From assembly GCF_039654945.1 (NCBI RefSeq), contig NW_027361684.1, positions 20,336,001 to 20,400,000 of the forward strand: 64,000 nucleotides of DNA, given 5' to 3'. The notes beneath the pieces are model-generated. The model saw only the letters and a list, made by a program, of their open reading frames with translations. It was not told the origin of the DNA and searched no databases. The DNA comes from Dendrobates tinctorius. Its lineage: Eukaryota. Below are positions 12,744 through 25,240 of the stretch, in pieces (within the stretch, counting starts at the first letter, position 1; the number at the start of each line of letters is the position of its first letter). The translations under genes were made by a program, and so were the position numbers.

Positions 12744-13878
12744 TATGTCATCTCTGCTGTAGACTGGGAGTCACATTTACTGTAAATGTATGAGAAAACG
12801 CTGTGTAAGCCCCCCTGTCAGAACTGTGTTCACGTACCTCAGAAGAAGGTGGTGATCAGTAAGTAGGGAGTAGATAATAAATGTACCTTCACTCTTATAG
12901 AGAAACCATTATAGTGCAGGAGTGTGCAGTTCTTATACATTGCAGTGCCCAACATGGAGCCGCCATGATACGCGCGGCTCAGATCTGAGCACTGGCCTGG
13001 ATTTGGGAGCCTTGGATATAGAGCAGAGCAATATTGTCCGTGGTAGATACATAAGTTTCCCGTCTGTGGCTCGTGCTCCTCCGCAATCTGAGTAGAGAAG
13101 TGACCATTGTGCACAGTCCTTCCAACAGAGCGGCACGGTCACTATTGGATTCTCACAGCTCTGTGCTGTAATTCTTCCTTCTCTACAATCTTGGATCTTG
13201 ATGCTATTTTTTTTTTCACCTGTGTTACACATTTAGTCTTCAAAAATAATTTCAATAAAATATTTTATAAGGAACCTTGAGATTTATTTTTAAACTGCAT
13301 ATGGGAGTGACAAGTAGATCTGCTTTGTTTCCAGACCGTTTTTTGTTAGCCAGACTGCTGCTGTAAGGAATATGTATGGAAGGACTGGATAAACGACAGC
13401 AAGCAAGGAGTTAACACATCTGGGAAACTTATTTGGGCTGTTTGATATCAGAGTATTAATTACCAGACAAAAAAAAAAAAATATCTATGTATCAACACAC
13501 CCACTCCACAACCCCGCCCACTGGCGGATGGAGAGCGGGGTTGCAGAGGGAAAGTGCGGGATGGCGCGTGGAGAGTGGGGCTGTGGAAAGAGATTGTGAT
13601 GGTGGTTGGAAAGTGAGCGTGGAAAATGGAGAGCGGGGCTGTGGAAGGAGAGATCGTGATGATGGGTGGAGAGAGGGGCTGTTAAAGGAGGTAGAGAGCA
13701 GGACAGCCAGTGGAAATCAGGGCTGTTGAGGGAGAATATGGGATGGCAATTGGAGAGTGGGGCTGCAGAAGTAGAGAGCATGATGATGGATAGAGAGCTG
13801 GGCTGCGAAGGGAGAGAGCGGGATGGCCAGTGGAGACGGGTTGCAGTGGGAGAGAGCGGGGCTGCTGACCATGTGATA

Positions 13879-14055
13879 TCAGTTTTTCTTTTTTAATACA
13901 TTTGCAAAAATTTCTACATTTGTTTTTTTTCAGTTAAGATGGGGTGCAGAGTGTACATTGGGGAAAAAAAATGAACTTTTTGGAATTTACCAAATGGCTG
14001 CTATTAAACAGAGTGAAAATTTTAAAAGGGGTCTGAATACTTCCTCTACCCACTG
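13879..14055. mobile_element. Terminal fragment of a different Tc1-like element
   Basis: Ends aggggtctgaatacttcctctacccactg|TA, a Tc1-type terminus. Confidence 0.6.
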
Positions 14056-14702
14056 TATTTGTAAGCCAAAACCAGGAGGAAAAGTATAATAGAAACCCGT
14101 CACCACTTCTGTATTTATCACCTACTCCTGGTTTGGGCTTACAAATACTGACCGTGTGAACATGGCCTTAGATTGAATTCTGATGTCCAAAAACAGAGCG
14201 CAATGCAAGGACAGGTCGTGTGTGTACTGATTCGAGCTCAACACAGCCTGAAATCGAGTTCAAGAATGGAGACCTGCGAAAAGTCCTTGCATCACTCTGA
14301 CATTTGAATTTGACCTAAAAAAAAAATATTTGTAATATGGGAGCTCTTATTAGCATTGCAGGGTAACTCAAAAATGCCATTTTCTGGTGGTGTTCCAATC
14401 ACATATTTGATGAGATTTCTTCCCATCGATGCCACAGATGGACCATGGCCATATGCCAGCACTAAACGTACAGATAAAGGGCCTTAAAAAAAAACAGAAG
14501 CCATAGGTAGAAGTCAGTTTAATTGCATCTGATAGCGTTTTGAGGACCTACAAGCAGGAGCCATCTTGGAATGTGTTGAACTTGGCGCTGTCCGTCTTCA
14601 GCCCAAGCCTCGATGGATGCGGATGAGCACTTGTCGCCTTCCTTGCACCACCGATCCTCCATGTGTACGGAGGATATAAAGAAGGCGCTGTCCAAGGATT
14701 GA

Positions 14703-14771
14703 TTAATCTTCGCAGAACAGCATCTGGACTAGATCACACTTCAGGCACTCATCTTCTGTCAGTTTCTGCGG
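14703..14771 (-). CDS. TXNDC17: TXNDC17 coding exon 4
   Basis: tttattaacag| [25 protein letters not shown]. Confidence 0.95.
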   Translation of the reverse strand, partial: PQKLTEDECLKCDLVQMLFCED

Positions 14772-17700
14772 CTGTTAATAAAGTACATAACTCCTTTTTA
14801 CATAGGTTTACCACATATTGCCCTTGCAGAGACCCAGCTGGTGTAGAGGGACTTACAGGCAATATTCCCAGGGTAAACAAAAGGGTTGTAGACTAGGTCT
14901 CATCCAGGACAAGGAAAAAAAAGTCTCTGTAGTGCCACTTACAGGTCATTAAACTTTGTCAATGGCTACCCGTAAAACTGTGCTCACAATTTCCTTCCTT
15001 CTAGGGTAGAGCTAATTTGCATATCTTTTCCCATGAAGCATTACCCCTTTGACAGCAGAATTTCCCCCACTCTATTGCTTTTACCCAGCTAACCAATAAC
15101 CTGTGCTTTATTACAAGGGATGGAAGGCCTCTCATAGGAGAGATTGGAAAAGTTGGGCTTGTTTAGCTTAGGCTAGTTTCACACTAGCGTTTTGGAGCGC
15201 AGCGACGGCCTGCGCACGGCCGCCGCTAAGCCGCGCCCCCGCCGGTAGCTCCGCCCACCGGCGCATGACGCTGCATGCGCCCTGCGTCCCCTATCTTTAT
15301 CACAGGGGGCGCAGGCCGTGCGCAGTATGCGTTTGGCGGCACATGCGCCTTTTTGACGGTGCGCCGACGCAACCAAACTGCAGCAGGTTGCGTATGGCGC
15401 AGGTCGGCGCACCGTCAAAAGGACGCATGCGCCGCCAAACGCATAAAGATAAAGATAGGGGACGCAGGGCGCATGCAGCGTCATGCACCGGTGGGCGGAG
15501 CTACCGGCGGGGGCGCGGCAGGGGCGGGGCTTAGCGGCGGCCGTGCGCAGGCCGTCGCTGCGCTCCAAAACGCTAGTGTGAAACTAGCCTTAGAAAAAAG
15601 GACGCCTCAGAAGAGATCACATTTGCATGTATAAATATATGTGTGGTCAGCACAGGGGACATGACCTATTCCTTCCAAATACCATACTAAGGACCTCTCT
15701 CCCTATTTCTGCACCCCCTTGGTCGCTGACAGGTCACGCTTCATTCACCACCCAAGATTTTGTGCAGGCACAGTCATTGCCCTGGGGTCGTCTCCTTAGA
15801 CGGGGAGGCACATGTCAAGATCAATAGTCCGACTCTCGTGACGTCACCGGGAGCTTACTACGATTGTGCCGCCGCTCTGAAGAGACTCCTCAAGGGCAAT
15901 GACAGCACCTGTGCAAAATCTCAGGCAGTGGAGACAGGTCAAGACCGTTTTCAGGTACATACTACACATTTATTACTTTTTACTGCTTTTTTTTGTGGGA
16001 GGTCGGGCGTCACAAAAAAAAAGCGTTTCTCATTTTTTTCATTAGATTGTTCACTGTAATGATTAAATCATTTCATAGTTTTGATAGAGCAGACTTATGG
16101 ATGTGGTGTTACCAAATATGCTTATTATTTAAAAGAATATATTTTTAACTGGAAAAAAGGGGGATGATTAAAATGCTTATGCTTCTCTCATTTTTCAATA
16201 TTTAAAAAAAAAAAAAATTGCTCCATAGGGGATTTGAACCTGGGATCGTTATATCGCTTGTACTGTATACTGCAATACTTTTGAAAACCCTGATCACTGC
16301 TGTTAACGCCCTTGATGTCCATGTCAATCATTTACAGCAACATTTACTCCACGCAGTCTTGCCCTGGAACCCAATGACTTCTCCCACCCGTCACCTGATC
16401 GCAGGGTACCGATTGGCTGCCAGGAGCTCTAAGTGACCGCAGACTTGTGAAATCTCACAGTGCGCACTGTGCCCGTGAGGATTCTCCAGGTGACGCACAT
16501 AAGGGATATGCATAACTTGGTCACAATCAGACTAGACTTGCCCCAGCCTTGCTCAATTCATTTGTATTGAGTGAGGCAGCACACGTCTGGTAAGCACGTG
16601 ACTGCACGTACACAAACTGAATACCGTATTTTTCAGATTATAAGATGCACCCCAAATTTTGATGAGAAAAAATAGGGAAAAAAAACTAATAAAATAGTGG
16701 TGCGTCTTATAATCCATGCATCCAACCGGGGGTGGCAGCTGCGGTGAAGCAAGGGTCCCAGGGTCGCTGCTGGAGGAGGCAAGAGTGGAGCGTTGCTGCA
16801 GGCCGGGATAAGGGGGATGTTCTGATGTGCAGCGCGCCGCTGCGGCTGTCCGGTGCAGCTGCGCTGTGTCCTGCTGCGGGGGGGGGGGCTCTCCTGACAT
16901 TTTGTGAAAGGCCAGAGCCCCCGCAGTTTCATGGTTTCCTGTGCGATGGACTCTGGGAAAATGGCCGCCGGGGGCGTGGCGCATACGCAGATGGAGATCT
17001 CCGCACGGGAGCGTTAAGCAGACCCCCTGGCTGCCAATGCAACTGATCAGTAACTGGTGATCACGTCATAGATGCGAGAATTCTTTGGGTGCCCGGGTAA
17101 GACTGCTTGGATTAAATATTGTTGTAAATGATTGGCATCGACATCAAAGGGGGTAAACATCAGTGACGAGAGCTGGCCATGTAACACAGCCCTGTGGAGA
17201 GGGGGCTCAGCTCCTGAGCTTCCTCCACACACCCCAATCCGCTCCATGACAGAAATATGTTATGGAGCGTTATGGGCTTTTAGGCTATGTAACTATACAG
17301 CTGCCTCTGGAGGAGGAAAGGTGATTTACATATTACACAGTGGGGGCCCCGAAAGGGGTGTTTTCAAGTTCTCTCGTATCCATGGGAAGGGTTAACTTTC
17401 CAATCGCTAGGGGGTCCATCTGTGGTGGCGATAAGAGATCCTGAGAACCAGGATTCTGATGAGTCCCAGCTGAATGCAGCGGTCGATCACACCTGAGATT
17501 GCCAAGTGCAGCACTCAGTAATGTTTGGCGCTCCCATTAGAATGCTCATGATCTGCTCCATTCAGCCGGGGTTCTTCACAGCCCTGGTTGTTAGGGTCTC
17601 TTGGGGCCATGGAGGTCAGACCCCCAGCGATCTAAAAGTTATCTACTATCCCGTTGATAACGTTCAAACTTCAAAAGCCATTTAACAGAGTGTCCTCATC

Positions 17701-20700
17701 ACACCTCAAAAATCTTCACCCAATTTGCCACAAGTTTGATCGTATTCTCAGACTACCCCCATGATGGATTACCAATTTACAGCACAGCAAAAACTTTAAA
17801 TTGCAAAAGGCGAAATCCATGATGGACTCCACAGTGGAATTTGACAAGCTGGAGATTTTATTTATGTATCTCTATGTGGAGTGCTCTTTAGATTTTAGAA
17901 CAGCTCATCCACAATGGTGCCACTATATTCCGTCCATATATAGCAGGATATATGACCCCTGGGCAATTACCCTGACTTCCTGCTATTGGGTCATATTCAA
18001 AGTTTCATCAAGTTGCTGGAACCTACATTTCACGGCATGTAGCTGTTCTGCACGGATTGGATTTCTCTAGCATGTATTTACCCTCAATGTGTAAGCAACA
18101 TCTTGGGAAATACAGATACATTATAGGACGGTTGCTGACTGGTGATCTGGTAGGACCTTGCTCATCCATAGTCCTCATGTGAAGACTGTGCATAGGTAGA
18201 AGACTTACCGTTCCGACCTTGAGAAGGGTGGGGACACCTTTGAGCTTTAGGATTCTTTTAAACTCATTGTTTGGGTCTTTCCAGCTGCAAAACAAAATGC
18301 AAAATCCATAGTCAGACGAGAAAGACAAGCCCAGTACCCATCACCTCCTCATGTACAGATCTTATGCCATAGCGGCTGGACTGAGACCACTGGACACTAG
18401 TTCTTAACAACTGAGACTGAACTGTTTCTGCATAATAAAAAAAAATAAAATATATCTTTAACAGAAGGCTCTACAGACACCTGACAATGGTGGTCTGCAG
18501 TACTCGGCTGCCACATTGAGCGGAGCTGAACTTCACACCTCCATTCAATGCTTACATCTGATACTACTAGAGCTAATAACAGCTGATCACTGGGGGTGTT
18601 GGACCCCGACCTACTGATCTGGTCATACACATAATCTGACCAGACATACCCTTTTACCTAAAAAAATCCTTTATTTTAATATGTAAATCACTATAGAATA
18701 CGTAATCAATAGTTTGCAAGCATATTCACAGTTTTCATCCAAAAATACAGTCATAGTTCTCAAAAAGGAAAAAAAAAGAAAAGACTGCTGTACACTGGAC
18801 ATTTATCTGTGATGGGGCTTTAATTCCTTTATATCCAGTGACAAAACTACATTTTCAATAGAATTTTGTGTGTTCATTTGAAAGGGGTTTCACAGTAATA
18901 TAAACCATGACCAAAAGCAGCAACCCCGCTATCTGATGCCGCTGCCTAGATGACTAGTCCAAGAGGCTGCTCCCCTGCGGAACCATGCCAAAGTACGGAG
19001 ACATTCAGTTGGGACAAGTACTTGGTTTGCTGAGGTCACAGTGATCAGTAAAATGGAAAATCAGTATTTCTTGGCAATTTTTATCTTAGGTGGGAAATAC
19101 AGAACAGATCTGACAGTCGATGCAGTTTCGGAGAAATTTAGATAAAGCAAATATGTTCAATTTGTATAAAATTATATCACCACTATGCTTTAAAGAGGAC
19201 CTGTCACCAGGTGAAAAGTGGCCTGTTTTGTGCTTACTTTATTCCCGCTGCTCCCGAGTATTCCGTAGTTTGTTTTTTTTTTTGTTTTTTTTAAATCTGC
19301 CATATGGTTCCAGAAATGTGCCTTTATATTTAATGCAAATTTTTATGGTCTTAATAAGAGGGCGTGGCTCAAAGAGTAACTATGCAGAGCAGCCTAAAGA
19401 CACGCCCCTGAGGAGCCTGTGAGCCACACCCTCTTATAAAGACCATAAAAATTAGTACTGAATAATAAAAAAAAATATCCATATCTTGACTATTTTGGTG
19501 GATTTTTAAAAAAATAAATAACATAAAAGGGACAGGTTCCTTAAAAAGGGAGTCAGTCATCCCCATAATGCATTTTAAATGGGCTATACACTGTAGAAGT
19601 GGACTTAGCCCCTATAACAGCCATACTACCCTGTTTCCCCGAAAGTAGGACCCCCCCGAAAGTAAGACAGGGTGGGGGTTACGGGGGGGTCCTTCAATGT
19701 AAGGCCTCCCCCGAATGTAAGGCAGGGTTGGGGGCCGCTGTGAAATGTAAGGCCCTTACCTTTGGGCCGCCGCTGTCCCCCATTGGGTCCCCAGGCTCCA
19801 GAGGTGTCCTCAGGTGCAGCTGGGCGGGTCCAGCGCTCATGGGGTTAACTCGCCGTGTTAACCCCGCAAGCCGCCCAGCTCAACAGCTCATTGGCCGCCC
19901 CTGTTCCCCACGTCACCGCCGGCCCCCGGCTCGAGCACTGATTGGTCCAGCAGCTTGGGCTGTAATTGGCCGCCCCAGCCCCACGTCACCGCTGTTTCCC
20001 TGCTGATTGGCACAGCGTTCCCTGCAGCACAGGCCTTCCGCACCCACAGCCGCACCGCAGAGGAAAACGTCCAGCATTTAAAAACTAAGTAGGGAAACAT
20101 GTACTGTATAGGGTATGGGGCTGTGTGCAGTGGGATACGGCACTGTTATGGGGTGTGGGGCTGTGTGCAGTGGGATACGGCACTGTTATGGGGTATAACA
20201 GCATGTTAATAAATGTTAATTTATTGGTTAAAAAGAAATTGTCATTTTTTTTCGGCTAAGACCTCCCCCGAAAGTAAGACAGGGTGGGACTTTTTGGGGT
20301 AAAATTAATGTAAGACAGGGTCTTACTTTCGGGGAAACACGGTAGTACTGCACTTGTAATTGGTACAGTGCCTGAGAAAATAATGCTTAATTTGTATGCA
20401 CATGAGGAAGCTTTGGTGCACCTTTGGTGTGGCCAAGAGTTTGGTGAACGGTTACACCTCCTCATTTGCATATCGAGAGCCTTCTGCTTCTGATTGACAG
20501 TGCGAGCCTTGTCCGAATGCTGCCGGCCTGTGTGTGCACACTGCCTGTGCCCGGCGCGCTCTCCTACTTGCTGTACATTCGGAGGCATTAAGGAGACTAG
20601 AACGCGAGTGGCCACTGTGTGCGCGTGTGGCTGGTCACGTCATGTGCACATGCGCCGGCAGCAAACAAGAAGTGCCCCAATATGCAAATGAGGAGATGTA

Positions 20701-23700
20701 ACCGTGCGCCACACTCTTGGCCATGCCAAGGGGGCACCATAACCACCTAATTTGCATACGAAGTTAAATGCTATTTTTGCAGGCCCTGTACCAGTAACAG
20801 GCACGGTGCTAGTAGGGTTGATATATATAGAGGGTAGGGTCCCTACAACACTGTATTGCTTATTTACAATGCATTTGGGGGGGGGGGCGACGGACCCTCT
20901 GTAAGCCGACAGGACAAAATAAACTATAGATTACAGTAAGCAGTGATATGAAAGTTACTTACTACGCTCTCTCTCCAACTAGACAGTATATAAATACAGA
21001 ACCTTCAGGAAGATGTGTCAGCTCCTTGCGCACAACCGGCTCAGCTAGAAAACAAAGTATATGGCATAAATATAAAGCCTTTATTTAGCAGAGCACAGGA
21101 ACATCTGGGACACAAATATCAGTTGTTTTAAGGCCGAGATGGATGCAAGTTGTCCAGAGCCAAAATAAAAATATGGTTCCTTCATCGTTTTGTGACCCAG
21201 ACCAGCCCAGATGACTGGAGGCTTCTATGGGATCAGTCCTGATATATGATTTCAGAAGCCGATCCCAGCTTTTTCCTAGGAAAGGTTCCCACTGCCCAGA
21301 ATGGCTGCAGGACACAACAGGACGGCTCGCACCTTCACCTGAGACAGAAGACGGCCACAGCTTGCAATGTAGGGGCCGCTCATCAGACTCTCAGAAAGCC
21401 GGCATCGCATGCTATTGTCTTGTGCCAGCAGTCGCTGATTTATGTATCAAGTTCTTCAACTATGTGCGAGTAGATGAATATTGTGCAAATCAATAGATGC
21501 TCTTTCCTGTGTCTTTTACCTTTTCTTTTTAATAAAAAGTATCATAATCCTTTAAAATGATGCATGTTCGTTAGTGATGAGCGAATGTGCTCGAAAACTA
21601 CGTTTGAGTCCCCTCAGCTGCATGTTTCACGGCTGTCGCAACACGTACATGGATTCCCTGTTTGTTAGAGAATCCCCGCATGTGTTGCGGCTGTCGAGCA
21701 GTCGCGAGTTATGGAGCCGCGGGGACTTGAACATATTATATGAGCACGCCGAAAACACGGTTAGCACCTTATCCGACCACTTTCGCTCATCACTAACGTT
21801 AGTCTGTAACTGAGAAAAAAGCTAACAAAAGAAAAAAATAACATGGATCTAAGGCTGTGTGCTGACGATCCGGAACTGGCAGCGCTTTGGATGCAGTGCA
21901 TGCTTACCACGCTCAAAGAGCTGCCGTCTATTGGACGCAGGCGAATCCACGTGTGATCACTGAACCGTGCGGATTCACCACATCCAATACATTGTACGGG
22001 TGAAATTTCTCGTGTCTCCCCAAGAGAAATTGACATGCTGCAGTCCGGAGAGACGCGCCGCATGTCTGTCTCCGCGGGCGAGCCGTGGGCATCTGCGGAC
22101 GCGTAGTGGGCATGGGATTTCTTGAAATCCCATCCACTATGCTGTAACATACACAAGTACACTGCATCCAAGCCACAGCGCTTACTGATGGCCTGCACAT
22201 ACCCTAATAATATGATACCCGCGCGCCCACTCGTGCACCAAGAACTGGTCAAACAGTAAGCAGCAGGTGTACTGACAGGGGTGTACTCTCCAACACAAAG
22301 CCTGGACCACGGCCTATAGGAGACCAAAGAGGAAGCAGTGGCAAAATGTATCTGCCTTCTATAGCGCAATGGTTCAAGGTTTATGTGGCTGTAAAAGGAA
22401 AAGAAAAAAAATCAGTGCCTGCGTTACGGCGCCAACGTACAACGGTGTAATATGCGAGTTTAAAAAATGTTGCATATGACGAATTGGGATAAAACATCAG
22501 AATAAGGGAAAACACCTGCACACAGTGCAAAAAAAAAAAGAAAAAAGACTCGGCGCCGCGGGCACGACCGGCTCTTTCCAGGTGATATCCATGCAGCACA
22601 TGACAAGTTCTTTTCCTAGGTTCTACTTCATCAGTCACAGAACACACGTCCGTCTCTCTCTAATAATTATGGAGCGATGGTTCATAAAGTGAAAAAATGT
22701 ATAACCACAGGGTGTTGCTTAAACTTTTACTTAAAATGTATGCGTTTATTGAAAAGAAATCTAAAAAGAATTCTAAAAACCTCCATTTGTGATGATCTTC
22801 CCGCCTTGCCCGCTTCAGCTTTTTCTTTTGGATGACATGATGATCCACAAAAGAAAAATCTGCATTCAGCGCTGACAATGCACTAATGATCACTCTTAGT
22901 GACGTGCGCTCGGGCAGACGGTGGGAACTCTGACACATTCTTCAGCTGAAAAATCACATGCAAGAGCCTCGGCGACAGAACAAGAGTGACTTATTTCCGG
23001 CAGTCAGCAGATTAGAAAGTGCCGGACACGATGGGGATTTGTGTTGTTTCCCCCCTTTTCTGTAATGTTATGTTATGTGCACACGAGTGGTTTGTTTTTT
23101 AAGCAGATTGAACTTAAAATCCATATTAAAACCAGTTTCAAATACTCTGAATATTCTTCCTAATAATTTCATTATAACAATCGTCTGTTATTCATACGCA
23201 AGCTTTTCACAGATTATTTTTCCCAATGAGGTTATAAAAACCTAAAGACGGGAAAAAAAAAGGGACGACACTTGCTGCAGACGGAGAGAAACTGTGCTTT
23301 ATGTTGTGTTCATTCCATGAGAAACGTTGGAATCACAAGATGAAAGGCATGCAGTCCCCCGTCCGTCAGCAGCGGTCCCCCGTTCCTTCGTCCGTATGTC
23401 AACAGCGGTCCCCCGTTCCTTCGTCCGTATGTCAGCAGCGGTCCCCCGTCCGTATGTCAGCAGCGGTCCCCCGTTCGTCCGTCCGTCTGTAGCAGTCCCC
23501 CGTTTCTTTCGTCCGTCCGTATGTCAGCAGCGGTCCCCCGTCCGTATGTCAGCAGCGGTCCCCCGTTCGTCCGTCCGTCTGTAGCAGTCCCCCGTTTCTT
23601 TCGTCCGTCCGTATGTCAGCAGCGGTCCCCCGTCCGTATGTCAGCAGCAGTCCCCCGTTCGTCCGTCCGTCTGTAGCAGTCCCCCGTTTCTTTCGTCCGT

Positions 23701-24369
23701 CCGTATGTCAGCAGCGGTCCCCCGTTCGTCCGTCCGTATGTCAGCAGCGGTCCCCCGTTCATTTGTCCGTCCGTATGTCAGCAGCGGTCCCCCGTTCATT
23801 TGTCCGTCCGTATGTCAGCAGCGGTCCCCCGTACCTTCGTCCGTATGTCAGCAGCGGTCCCCCGTTCCTTCGTCCGTATGTCAGCAGTGGACCCCCGTCC
23901 GTATGTCAGCAGCAGTCCCCCGTTCGTCCGTCCGTCTGTAGCAGTCCCCCGTTTCTTTCGTCCGTCCGTATGTCAGCAGCGGTCCCCCGTTCGTCCGTCC
24001 GTATGTCAGCAGCGGTCCCCCGTTCATTTGTCCGTCCGTATGTCAGCAGCGGTCCCCCGTTCATTTGTCCGTCCGTATGTCAGCAGCGGTCCCCCGTTCA
24101 TTTGTCCGTCCGTATGTCAGCAGCGGTCCCCCGTTCATTTGTCCGTCCGCCGCGGTCCCCCGTACATTCATCCGTCCGTCAGCAAAACTTTACCCTATGG
24201 CTGGCAGTATGGCGGTGCCTGTACCTCTCACACAGTCCGGGCACCAGCTCACCCCCTGCTCGTCCTTGTCACCACAGAACAGGGCGAACAGCGGCCTCCC
24301 CCGGTGCTGCTCCACCTCCCGGCTGTACTGCTCGTATCCCTGCACCTTCACCTCCGTGTACCGCTCCAT
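14703..24369 (-). CDS. TXNDC17: Thioredoxin domain-containing protein 17 (TRP14), spliced gene (exons 24369-24225, 21044-20963, 18284-18209, 14771-14703; 123 aa)
   Basis: 145+82+76+69=372 nt, GT-AG, phases match: [123 protein letters not shown]; WCPDC is the TRP14 active site; VPTL cis-Pro motif present. Confidence 0.97.
15110..15690 (+). mobile_element. CR1-like LINE 3' fragment split by a MITE
   Basis: Joining the flanks at TTA gives [15 protein letters not shown]......MYKYM, the CR1 ORF2 C-terminal motif. Confidence 0.7.
15171..15589. mobile_element. Harbinger-type fold-back MITE (TTA TSD)
   Basis: TIR ggctagtttcacactagcgttttggagcgcagcgacggcc, exact inverted copy at right end; TTA both sides. 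Confidence 0.92.
16624..17005. mobile_element. Truncated Tc2-like non-autonomous DNA element
   Basis: TA|ccgtatttttcagattataagatgcacc terminus; related (reverse complement) to 56424-57007. Confidence 0.65.
18209..18284 (-). CDS. TXNDC17: TXNDC17 coding exon 3
   Basis: ttttgcag| [25 protein letters not shown] |gtaagt. Confidence 0.95.
19195..19540. mobile_element. T2/Kolobok-type MITE (TTAA target)
   Basis: ttaa|agaggacctgtcac ... gggacaggttcc|ttaa with internal inverted arms. Confidence 0.7.
19629..20342. mobile_element. Tc2-like non-autonomous element (TA TSD) nested in an older palindromic MITE (~19545-20900)
   Basis: TA|ccctgtttccccgaaagtag ... cttactttcggggaaacacgg|TA, with repeated cccgaaagtaagac motifs. 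Confidence 0.8.
20963..21044 (-). CDS. TXNDC17: TXNDC17 coding exon 2
   Basis: ttttctag| [27 protein letters not shown] |gtaagt. Confidence 0.95.
21572..21795. mobile_element. hAT-type MITE
   Basis: TIR tagtgatgagcgaa / ttcgctcatcacta; degenerate 8-bp TSD atgttcgt/acgttagt; related copy at ~45160-45376. Confidence 0.75.
23353..24180. repeat. CpG-rich minisatellite in TXNDC17 intron 1
   Basis: Variable-length units built on cgtccgtatgtcagcagcggtcccccg; ends ~45 nt from the exon 1 donor. Confidence 0.92.
24225..24369 (-). CDS. TXNDC17: TXNDC17 coding exon 1 (contains WCPDC)
   Basis: ggcATGG start; ends AGAG|gtacag. Confidence 0.95.
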
Positions 24370-25240
24370 GCCAGCAGCCGGCTCTGCAGCGCTATCTGTG
24401 ACCAGAGGGGGCGGTGTTACCCAGAGCACACGCACTTCCTGCCGTTACACGTCCAGGGCCAGTCCACCCAAGTAACTGCAGCAAGCGCAATGTTAGTTCA
24501 TAGCAATGGAAACCAGTCTAAATAAACGAGCCTTACCCATATCATGAAGGGTTAATGAAGAACGGTCTATTGTGGCTAGTATATAGCACTATCACAGCCG
24601 TGAGGCGCTGGCGGCCATCTTTGGTGCAGTAAGTAAGGGCAACACATAATAAGTCTTTATAGAAATAAAACTATTCCGGAACCTCTACAGCGCTTCTATT
24701 TTCAGCACACGACATCCGCAGAGAAACGATCTACGAGTATGTGGTCTGGCAGTGACGCCTCTGCGGCCATCTTTAACGAGGGATCTATGAGTGAACTATT
24801 GTGAAATAGCGCCGAAAACAAAACACAGCATTTATAGCAATGGAAGCTACAGGCTTCACGGTCTGTTCAACTGAGGAGCACGATTTCTTTCTTTGATAAA
24901 TCTATTCAAACAAAAGAAACTTTATTGATAAAGCTCCCGCGCACGTACACAGTATTACCGCCCGTAACTGGCGTCCTGGTAGGTTTGGGCCGGGTGGGGA
25001 CCCGTAGTTGGCCGCAGTTGTCATGGCGCCGGTTTCAACTGCTGTATAGAGAGGAAATGGAGATCGGAATCAACAGTTTTATGTGTTATTCACAAGGAAG
25101 AGAAATGGAGAGGTCCAATGTGGGGAAGTGATGGGGGAGGACGGTGAGCGCTGCCTCTCAGACACTGGCCTCAGTCATGGAGCGGCACAGGGGGACACAG
25201 GTGAGTCTTAGCTGACGGTGGCTGCTGGGAGTTGTCGTTC
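24370..25240. promoter_or_regulatory. Bidirectional promoter region TXNDC17 / KIAA0753
   Basis: Divergent ATGs at 24369 (-) and 25177 (+); CpG-rich; two YY1-like GCGGCCATCTTT (24611-24622, 24763-24774); ZNF143/SBS-like TGGGAGTTGTCGT (25226-25238). Confidence 0.65.
25177..25200 (+). CDS. KIAA0753: KIAA0753 first coding exon (MERHRGTQ)
   Basis: gtcATGG Kozak, upstream in-frame TGA at 25129, strong donor CAG|gtgagt, phase 0 fits next exon. Confidence 0.65.

Noticed and set aside
14703-24369. Selenoprotein version of TXNDC17
   Set aside because: Active-site codons are TGC/TGT and the stop is TAA; no in-frame TGA.
23613-24525. 262/241-aa plus-strand ORFs
   Set aside because: Minisatellite translation running antisense into TXNDC17 exon 1.
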